Assembly: GCA_033763315.1 (NCBI GenBank)
Contig: JANRKS010000032.1
Location: forward strand, 448,001 to 512,000
DNA length: 64,000 nt
Direction: 5' to 3'
Origin: Deltaproteobacteria bacterium
GTDB lineage: Bacteria; Myxococcota_A; Polyangia; Fen-1088
The notes beneath the pieces are model-generated. The model worked only from the letters and a program-made list of their open reading frames with translations. It was not told the origin of the DNA and did not search any database. The translations under genes were made by a program, and so were the position numbers. Positions 57,508 to 64,000 of the stretch are shown piece by piece (positions within the stretch are counted from its first letter, which is position 1; each line of letters starts with the position of its first letter).

Positions 57508-58476
57508 CTATTGCGCTTGTTGCATCGACAATTGATCGCGGTGAGGCACGATCACTTCAACGCGGCGGTTGTTTGCGCGCCCTTCAGGTGAGCTGTTTGC
57601 CGCCACGGGTTCGGATTCGCCCTTGCCCACCGCCACCACGGCCGCTGGTGGCACACCATTTTCGATCAGGTAAACACGCACCGATTCGGCGCGTGCCTGC
57701 GAAAGTTGTTGATTAAACGAGTCACTGCCGCGGTCGTCCGTGTGTCCTTGGATCACCACGGGGTCCCCCGACTTATAGTTCCGCAAGGCTGTGGCCAAAG
57801 GCTGCATCTTTTCTTTGGCTGTGCCAAGCAAGACGCTCTTGCCCGACTCAAACAACACGCTGCCCGCGAAAGTGATGACCAGTCGTTCGCGATCTTGCTT
57901 AACGGCTGCCATCGCTTGCAAGTCTTTGAGCGCCGCGTCCGCGCGCGCTTCGGCTTCTTGCCGCGCCTGCGTCTCTGCAGCCAATGCCTGTTCCTTCTGA
58001 GTCAGCTGTTGGTTCGCTTGGTTAAGCCGCGCCTGATCCTGCTGCGCCGCCGCCTGCGTTGTTTCAAGCTTGCCGGTCGTGCGAACGAGATCCAACTCCT
58101 TCTTGTTGTTCTCCTCTTTCAAATCGGCCGATCGACGTTCAAGCGTGGTCGTGTAGGCCTCCTGGTTCTTTTCGCGTTCAAGGCGTGCCTGCTCGGCTTG
58201 CGCGTGGGCAACCGCTGTCAGCGTCTTGCGGTGTGCGAGGTAGGCATAGTGTGTCTCGTCTCCAGAGCGGGGATCGTCCTTGTGTGCGGCCTCGGCCTTT
58301 GCCAGCAGCTTCTGGGCTTCGTAGAGGTCTTTCGGGGCGTATGTCGACGCGCGTGCCTGGTCGGCGGACTGCATCGCGGTTCGCGCCTGCACGAGTTGGC
58401 TTGACGGCTGGTTGGAGCCGCAACCCAGCATCAACGTGGTCACAGAAATGAAACCAAAACCTAATAGCGTTTTCAT
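57508..58476 (-). CDS. Lipoprotein with DUF4398, coiled coil and OmpA-C peptidoglycan-binding domain
   Basis: Lipobox MLG-C; VLFESGKS.L, IQGHTDDRG....NQQLSQARAESV, GKGESEPVA.N...GRANNRRVEV. Confidence 0.9.
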   Translation of the reverse strand: MKTLLGFGFISVTTLMLGCGSNQPSSQLVQARTAMQSADQARASTYAPKDLYEAQKLLAKAEAAHKDDPRSGDETHYAYLAHRKTLTAVAHAQAEQARLEREKNQEAYTTTLERRSADLKEENNKKELDLVRTTGKLETTQAAAQQDQARLNQANQQLTQKEQALAAETQARQEAEARADAALKDLQAMAAVKQDRERLVITFAGSVLFESGKSVLLGTAKEKMQPLATALRNYKSGDPVVIQGHTDDRGSDSFNQQLSQARAESVRVYLIENGVPPAAVVAVGKGESEPVAANSSPEGRANNRRVEVIVPHRDQLSMQQAQ

Positions 58477-58494
58477 TGGGGTACCCTCCACCGG

Positions 58495-58851
58495 CTAGAA
58501 ACGGCCGTCTTGCAGTTGCTGCACGCGCGCGGCCGCTTGCTGCGCACTTTCCTTTTCGCCTTCAGCTTTCGCCACGGCGATGGCCACTTCAGCGTCGGCT
58601 TTCGCACGCTCAAGCACGCGCGCGGCCTTTTCCTGTTCGCCGTCTTTCATCAGCTTTTCGGCGCTAGCAATCTGTTGCTTGGCCAGATCCAGGTACAGGG
58701 CCGATTGCGGCACACCCTCTGCGCCCACTTCTTCGGCCGCGCGCACCGCGGCTTTGGTGTCGGTTTCTTTCTCCACGGGCCGCGAGGCGCCACAGGCAAG
58801 GATGCCGAGCGGCAAACCCAGCATCAACATTCCAGGGATCGTTCTTCTCAT
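58495..58851 (-). CDS. DUF4398-family lipoprotein
   Basis: Lipobox ILA-C; AVRAAEEVGA...A..YL.LAK.Q...RAKADAEVA; typical partner of the OmpA gene; GGAGG RBS. Confidence 0.85.
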   Translation of the reverse strand: MRRTIPGMLMLGLPLGILACGASRPVEKETDTKAAVRAAEEVGAEGVPQSALYLDLAKQQIASAEKLMKDGEQEKAARVLERAKADAEVAIAVAKAEGEKESAQQAAARVQQLQDGRF

Positions 58852-58884
58852 GTCGTCCTCCAATGGTTTCGACATAAGAAAAGC

Positions 58885-58900
58885 AGCACGAATCGTGCCA
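58885..58900 (-). promoter_or_regulatory. sigma54 -24/-12 promoter motif
   Basis: Minus strand TGGCACGATTCGTGCT, 34 nt before ATG 58851. Confidence 0.75.
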
Positions 58901-58913
58901 CCAAGCGACGGCC

Positions 58914-60359
58914 CTAAGCGGGAAGGTGTGTGCGGGGTAATGTGATCTTAAAGCGCGTGCCGTCTTGTGGGGTGGATGTCAATTCCATTTTGCCGCCGTG
59001 CAAACGGATGATCTCATCCGCGATGAACAACCCCAGGCCCAGGCCCTGGCGCGACGATGAAGCACCCCGTCGAAACGGCTTAAGCAGATCCGGCATCACG
59101 TCTTCGGGGATGGCTCCGCCGTTGCTAACCTCGATCACCACTTGATCGTTCGTTGTGCCGTTGATGGAAACAACAACCGGGGCGGCCGCGTCTCCGTGAA
59201 CCAAAGCGTTTGACAGCAGATTGGAAAACACCTGCCCCAGTCGATCGCGATCCCATGTGCCTACCATGGCGCCATCACGCGAAAAAGTGAGCGTGCGCTG
59301 GCTGTGCGCCGCACGTAACTCCTCAACAAGGTCGGCGATCAGTTCCGCCAGATCAAAGGCCGACGGCCGTACCTCCAATCCCACGCCTAGCCGCACCCGG
59401 GTAAAGTCGAGCAACTGTTCGATCATGCGTGTCATGCGGTCAGCGCTGTTGGCGATGCGTGTGCCTATCTTCTGCACACGATCCGCGGGCGCGTTGGCGG
59501 GCGTCATGGAAAGCATCTGCGCACCCATTTTGATTGCACTGAGTGGATTGCGCAGATCGTGGCCCAAGATGCCGATGAAAACCTGGGCAAAGTGTGCAAC
59601 GCGTTCAGCTTCTATGCGTGCGCCGCGTTCACGTTCAAAAGCGCTTTGCACGCTTTGAATGTTGGTGGCGGTGCCATACCATCGCGAAACCTCTCCCTTG
59701 GTATCGCGTATGCCGACGGCGCGGCTTACGTGCCATTCATACGAGCCATCCGCGCGCAGCAGGCGATGCTTCATTTCATAGACGGAATCTCCGTCGCCCG
59801 GGGTGTTGGCCTGCAGCCAGGCTGCCGATGTTGCGGCGCGATCTTCGGAATGCACAAGAGGCCGCCAGTCCAAAACTTGGCCGTCCGGGTTTGCGTACTC
59901 GCGTCTGCGGTCGTTATAATAGTCAACGTGGCCATCCCCAGTGGCGCTCCAAACCAACTGAGGCATCGTGTTGGCGAGTTCTTTTAGATGTTCTTCGGCC
60001 TGTTTGCGTTCACTGATATCTAAAACCGTGAACCCCACGCATGGCTGTGCGCCGGGAATGGGAAAAACGGAAATATGCCAACACGCAAATTGAAAGCGTC
60101 CCTGCGGCGTAGGCACAGACACCTCTTCGTGAACCACGGTGTTGGTCGCATGAACTTGCTTGATAAGTTCAATCGTCTTCGCGCCGAAGGTGGCTGCCAC
60201 CTCGGCCACGGGCCGTCCCTCGTGTTGGTTCACGGGAACGCCGTCCATCACGGCCAGCGCGGCGTTGACACGCGTAAAGCAAAGATTGGCGTCGACAATC
60301 GCCATCCCGAGGTGCGTGTGATCGAAGAACGCATCTAACAAATGTCGTTCGCTCGTCAA
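58914..60359 (-). CDS. PAS-PAS histidine kinase (cytoplasmic)
   Basis: Two PAS/PAC domains (RVNAALA; MPQLVW..VHSEDR..ADGSYEW); H-box LGHDLRNPL; GLGLGL; TTG start after GGAGG. Confidence 0.9.
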   Translation of the reverse strand: MTSERHLLDAFFDHTHLGMAIVDANLCFTRVNAALAVMDGVPVNQHEGRPVAEVAATFGAKTIELIKQVHATNTVVHEEVSVPTPQGRFQFACWHISVFPIPGAQPCVGFTVLDISERKQAEEHLKELANTMPQLVWSATGDGHVDYYNDRRREYANPDGQVLDWRPLVHSEDRAATSAAWLQANTPGDGDSVYEMKHRLLRADGSYEWHVSRAVGIRDTKGEVSRWYGTATNIQSVQSAFERERGARIEAERVAHFAQVFIGILGHDLRNPLSAIKMGAQMLSMTPANAPADRVQKIGTRIANSADRMTRMIEQLLDFTRVRLGVGLEVRPSAFDLAELIADLVEELRAAHSQRTLTFSRDGAMVGTWDRDRLGQVFSNLLSNALVHGDAAAPVVVSINGTTNDQVVIEVSNGGAIPEDVMPDLLKPFRRGASSSRQGLGLGLFIADEIIRLHGGKMELTSTPQDGTRFKITLPRTHLPA

Positions 60360-60395
60360 AGCTTCGCCTCCAAGTTGCGCGGATTCGCCATTTGT

Positions 60396-60411
60396 CGCAG
60401 AGCTTGTGCCC
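60396..60411 (-). promoter_or_regulatory. Weaker sigma54 -24/-12 motif
   Basis: Minus strand GGGCACAAGCTCTGCG (GG-N10-GC), 37 nt before the kinase start. Confidence 0.45.
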
Positions 60412-60523
60412 TATCGGTCAAGGGGTCAAGCGCCAGCAGAGTGGACAACATGTGTCGCCGGTTACTCGCCTGTAACCGATGGGGAATATTCGCTTTCAAA
60501 GCGTCTGGCTTTGCATCCACTGT

Positions 60524-60539
60524 TGGCATCGCTCTTGAA
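60524..60539 (+). promoter_or_regulatory. sigma54-like promoter motif (-12 variant TTGAA)
   Basis: (T)TGGCATCGCTCTTGAA, 25 nt before ATG 60564. Confidence 0.65.
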
Positions 60540-60563
60540 TGCAACCGCTGCGGAGGCCCGAAG

Positions 60564-61118
60564 ATGAAAAAGGCGAATCGAGAATCCACAGAGGCGGTTG
60601 ACCCGTCTTTGTACAACGCGAAGACCGTGAAAACGAACATCGTTCCCGTGATGACGGAACAGGTGATGGCAAGCGTGAAGGACATAATGACACCCGAGGT
60701 GGTGGCGGTGGAAGGAAGCCTCCCTGTTGCTTTCGCGGCACAGCTCATGCGCGACAACGACGTGGGCATTTTGCCAGTTGTGAATGAAGAAGGTGCCGTG
60801 GTGGGGTGTGTGACGGATCGCGATCTTGCCATCCGCGCTTTGACTCCGGATGTCTCCAGCCCGCAAGCGTTGGTGGTTCGGGACGTCATGTCCGAGAACG
60901 CTTGGTGCGCCAGCAGCGACGACAGCGTGGAAGATGTCTTGAATGCGATGGGTAAGTACCGCGTGCGACGGATACCTGTTGTGGATGAGGGCAAAAAGCT
61001 CATTGGCATTATCTCGATCGGGGATGCGGCGGTGCGGGCCGATAGGGACGAAGCGTTGCAGAGGGTGCTTGAGAAGATTTCGCGACACGAAGGGTTCTGG
61101 CAAACCGCGTGGCGGTAG
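60564..61118 (+). CDS. CBS-domain pair protein
   Basis: VKDIMT, MRDNDVGILPVV...GCVTDRDL.IR, VRDVMS, VRRIPVVD...LIGIISIGD; GGAGG RBS. Confidence 0.9.
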   Translation: MKKANRESTEAVDPSLYNAKTVKTNIVPVMTEQVMASVKDIMTPEVVAVEGSLPVAFAAQLMRDNDVGILPVVNEEGAVVGCVTDRDLAIRALTPDVSSPQALVVRDVMSENAWCASSDDSVEDVLNAMGKYRVRRIPVVDEGKKLIGIISIGDAAVRADRDEALQRVLEKISRHEGFWQTAWR

Positions 61119-61179
61119 CAGGCGTGAAGCGGTGGCGGACGGCCCATATTCGCCGCCCGCCACCGAATGGTGGCCCGCC

Positions 61180-63408
61180 TCACCAGCGGAGCAGGTCGGC
61201 GTTGATTCGTCGCCACACCTGAACCGAACGCCCCGGCAGGTCAAGTTTATCTCCCGGTGCCAGCGTGATGGAAGGCGCGCATTGCCCATCTGCCGTATCG
61301 AAGTCTTTCACGAAAAGTCCGCCGCCGAGCGCCGCGGGTAAAACGAACGGCAGCGGATCCCAGTGCGCGTTGAACAGCAGATAAAAGTCATCGTCCACCA
61401 CCTTGAACCCACGTTCGTCGGTTGATTGAATGCCACGCCCATTCAAAAATACGCCCAGGCTCTTTGCGAAGGACGCGTTCCAGTCGTCCTCGGACATCAA
61501 AGAGCCATCGGCTCTGAACCAGCCGATGTCTTGCAGGCCTGTGCCCCGGATGTTCTTGCCCTCAAACCAACGTCGGCGGGTGAACACGGGATGTTGCTGC
61601 CGATAAGCGATCAGCGCCCGTGTGAAGACCAGCAGGTCTTTGTCGAGCTTTGACCATTGGATCCAAGCCGTCTCGTTGTCTTGGCAGTATACGTTGTTGT
61701 TGCCTCCTTGCGTTCTGCCGAGCTCGTCGCCATGAAGCAACATCGGTACGCCCTGCGAGAGCATGAGCGTTACCAAGAAATTGCGCCTTTGCTGCTGGCG
61801 GAGCTGTTTGACGGCAGCATCGTCAGTGGGACCCTCCACTCCGCAGTTCCACGATCGGTTGTTGCTTTCACCGTCGCGGTTGCCTTCGCCGTTGGCGTCG
61901 TTGTGCTTTTCGTTGTACGAAACCAAATCATTGAGCGTGAAGCCGTCGTGCGCAGTGATGAAGTTGATCGAAGCGTGAGGACGTCGTCCGTTGCTCAGAT
62001 AAAGGTGTGAACTGCCCGTGAAACAACCCGCAAAGTGAGGCAGCGTTTGTTCGTTGCCCTGCCAGAACGAACGCATGCAATCGCGGTAATCGCCATTCCA
62101 CTCGCTCCACACCGGCGGAAACTTGCCGACTTGATAGCCGCCATCACCCACGTCCCATGGCTCCGCGATGAGCTTTGTTTGGCTGATTACAGGATCTTGC
62201 TGAATGAGATGAAAGAAGGTTGAAAGGCGGTCCACCGCGTGAAGCTCTCGGGCCAGCACCGAGGCCAGATCAAAGCGGAACCCATCAACGTGCATCTCAA
62301 GCACCCAATAGCGCAAAGAATCCATGATCATTTGCATCACGTGGGGATGCTTCATGTTCAAGCTATTGCCCGTCCCGGTGTAGTCCATATAGAATTCGGG
62401 CGCTTCGGGCGAAAGCTTGTAATAGGCGGCGTTGTCGATGCCACGCCAGCACAGCGTGGGCCCTTTGTGGTTGCCCTCGCAGGTGTGGTTGTAGACCACG
62501 TCAAGAATGACTTCGATACCCGCTTGGTGCAGAGCCTTCACCATGCTTTTGAATTCTTGCACCTGCTGGCCGCGGGTTCCCGCGCTGCAATACTCTTGAT
62601 GGGGCGCAAAGTAGGAGAGCGTGTTGTACCCCCAATAGTTGCGGAGCCCCTGGTCCAAGAGGTGGCCGTCGTGCAAGAACTCATGCACAGGCATCAGTTC
62701 CACCGCCGTAATGCCCAACCGCATGAGATAATCAATGGATTCCGGATGAGCGACGCCAGCGTAGGTGCCCCGCAGAGCCTCGGGTATGCGAGGGTTCAGC
62801 GCCGTGAAACCTTTGACGTGCATCTCGTAGATCACGGTCTCGTTCATCGGTGTGCGCGCGGCTCGATCGTTGGCCCAATCAAAGTACGGGTTGATCACAA
62901 CCGAGCGCGGCGCGAACGGCGCACTGTCACGTCCCTCCGGTCCGACGGACTGCAACGCTTCGTTGGGGATCACCAAGCCGTCGATGGCCTTGCTGTACGG
63001 ATCCAACAACAGCTTGCTGCTGTCGCAACGTTGACCTTGCACGGGGTTCCACGGGCCGTGAACCCGATAGCCGTATCGCTGGCCTGGTCCCACACGAGGC
63101 AAATACGCGTGCCAACAGTTCGCCGTCATTTCGGGCAGGCGAATGCGGGTTTCCTTGTTGTCTTCATCAAATAGACATAGATCCACCGCTTCGGCTATTT
63201 CCGAGAACAACGAGAAGTTTGTTCCGCTACCGTCGAAGGTGGCGCCCAGCGGAAATGGCTTTCCTGGCCACACTTCACTTGCGGTCTGAGGGCGCAACCG
63301 CGGGGCACGCGCCTCCGTCGGGGCTTTCGAAGTCTTGGGCTGAGCCGAAACCTCGGGTGGGCTCTCTTCGTGAATCTTCTCTTTAATTGGTTTTGTGGGT
63401 GAGTTCAT
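61180..63408 (-). CDS. glgX: Glycogen debranching enzyme (isoamylase, GH13)
   Basis: PGKPFPLGATFDG, YEMHVKG, NYWGYN, DVVYNH, DGFRFDLA, IAEPWD, NFITAHDGFTL, GGNNNVYCQDN; start uncertain. Confidence 0.95.
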   Translation of the reverse strand: MNSPTKPIKEKIHEESPPEVSAQPKTSKAPTEARAPRLRPQTASEVWPGKPFPLGATFDGSGTNFSLFSEIAEAVDLCLFDEDNKETRIRLPEMTANCWHAYLPRVGPGQRYGYRVHGPWNPVQGQRCDSSKLLLDPYSKAIDGLVIPNEALQSVGPEGRDSAPFAPRSVVINPYFDWANDRAARTPMNETVIYEMHVKGFTALNPRIPEALRGTYAGVAHPESIDYLMRLGITAVELMPVHEFLHDGHLLDQGLRNYWGYNTLSYFAPHQEYCSAGTRGQQVQEFKSMVKALHQAGIEVILDVVYNHTCEGNHKGPTLCWRGIDNAAYYKLSPEAPEFYMDYTGTGNSLNMKHPHVMQMIMDSLRYWVLEMHVDGFRFDLASVLARELHAVDRLSTFFHLIQQDPVISQTKLIAEPWDVGDGGYQVGKFPPVWSEWNGDYRDCMRSFWQGNEQTLPHFAGCFTGSSHLYLSNGRRPHASINFITAHDGFTLNDLVSYNEKHNDANGEGNRDGESNNRSWNCGVEGPTDDAAVKQLRQQQRRNFLVTLMLSQGVPMLLHGDELGRTQGGNNNVYCQDNETAWIQWSKLDKDLLVFTRALIAYRQQHPVFTRRRWFEGKNIRGTGLQDIGWFRADGSLMSEDDWNASFAKSLGVFLNGRGIQSTDERGFKVVDDDFYLLFNAHWDPLPFVLPAALGGGLFVKDFDTADGQCAPSITLAPGDKLDLPGRSVQVWRRINADLLRW

Positions 63409-63423
63409 CTCGCGCGTCACAGA

Positions 63424-63439
63424 AGCAAAACGAGTACCA
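63424..63439 (-). promoter_or_regulatory. sigma54 -24/-12 promoter motif
   Basis: Minus strand (T)TGGTACTCGTTTTGCT upstream of glgX. Confidence 0.68.
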
Positions 63440-63588
63440 AACGTGGGGTGCACTTGGGAACTCACCAGCGCCACGCGCAGGGCAAAGATCGTAACCCGCG
63501 TTTCTGTGTCCGCCCGCTGCGATCGCCACAACGTCTCAGCGTCGCGCTGGCGCCAACTCCGACGGCCCGTTTGGTCATCGCAGTTTTC

Positions 63589-63604
63589 CGGCACGACTAT
63601 TGAA
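63589..63604 (+). promoter_or_regulatory. sigma54-like promoter motif (-12 variant TTGAA)
   Basis: CGGCACGACTATTGAA, 48 nt before ATG 63652. Confidence 0.65.
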
Positions 63605-63651
63605 TAGAGACGCTGTGAATTGTTGCGGAATACTTTGCAAGGAGAACACGT

Positions 63652-63915
63652 ATGAAACTGGAAGATCTGAAATCACTTTCTAAAGACGACATCCTCGGCG
63701 CGCTGGGCCTCGAGACCAAGCGCTCCACCTCGGGTGTTGTCGCGAGTAGCCTTGCCGTGTTCGGTATGGGCTTGGTGGTTGGCGCTGCCGCTGCGTTGAT
63801 GATGGCACCCAAGACGGGCCGAGAATTGCGCGACGACGTCAGCTCTCGCTTGCGGTCGTTCACCGGTAAGGAAGGCGCCAAGCCCAATGATGGTGAAGTC
63901 TCGGCGCTAACGTAA
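63652..63915 (+). CDS. YtxH-domain general-stress protein
   Basis: FGMGLVVGAAAALMMAPKTGRELRDD matches YtxH; AAGGAG RBS. Confidence 0.88.
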   Translation: MKLEDLKSLSKDDILGALGLETKRSTSGVVASSLAVFGMGLVVGAAAALMMAPKTGRELRDDVSSRLRSFTGKEGAKPNDGEVSALT

Positions 63916-63954
63916 GCGTTTCCTTTAACTTAATACATCGTAGGAGAGAACAAC

Positions 63955-64000
63955 ATGAAGCGGATGATTCTAGGGTTGTGCGGGCTGTTGGGTGTAGCTG
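63955..64000 (+). CDS. Start of an exported protein (truncated by window end)
   Basis: AGGAGA RBS, MKRMILGLCGLLGVA signal-peptide-like start. Confidence 0.6.
   Translation, partial: MKRMILGLCGLLGVA

Noticed and set aside
39121-64000. Stress island as a mobile element
   Set aside because: No transposase, integrase or terminal repeats seen in the window, and the right boundary is not visible.

Overview
GC-rich bacterial DNA, almost certainly from a Myxococcota (myxobacterial) genome, in three blocks. (1) 1-18.9 kb: an Agl-Glt gliding-motility cluster (3' part of gltD, gltE, gltF, gltG, an extra TPR protein, the 3475-aa gltI/agmK), followed directly by an RNase Y homologue with a degenerate KH loop. 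(2) 18.9-39.1 kb: mixed accessory and housekeeping genes (ROK kinase plus ABC-2 exporter, FHA protein, Vps62-like secreted protein, GH78 rhamnosidase, TPR-glycosyltransferase, PEGA protein, PBP/porin pair, tRNA-Thr(CGT), leuS, MFS). (3) 39.2-64 kb: a general-stress island (CsbD, BON/OsmY, YihY, PA2169/DUF2383, YflT-like, fumC, DUF4398/OmpA, CBS, glgX, YtxH) built around a poly-HAMP hybrid kinase with CheR/CheB and an ethylene-receptor-like histidine kinase. The strongest signal not explained by the ORF track: 12 sigma54-type -24/-12 motifs, each correctly oriented and 16-75 nt upstream of a start codon, covering nearly every transcription unit of the island. This suggests a general-stress regulon wired to RpoN. 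All protein calls come from motif recognition by eye; no database searches were run.
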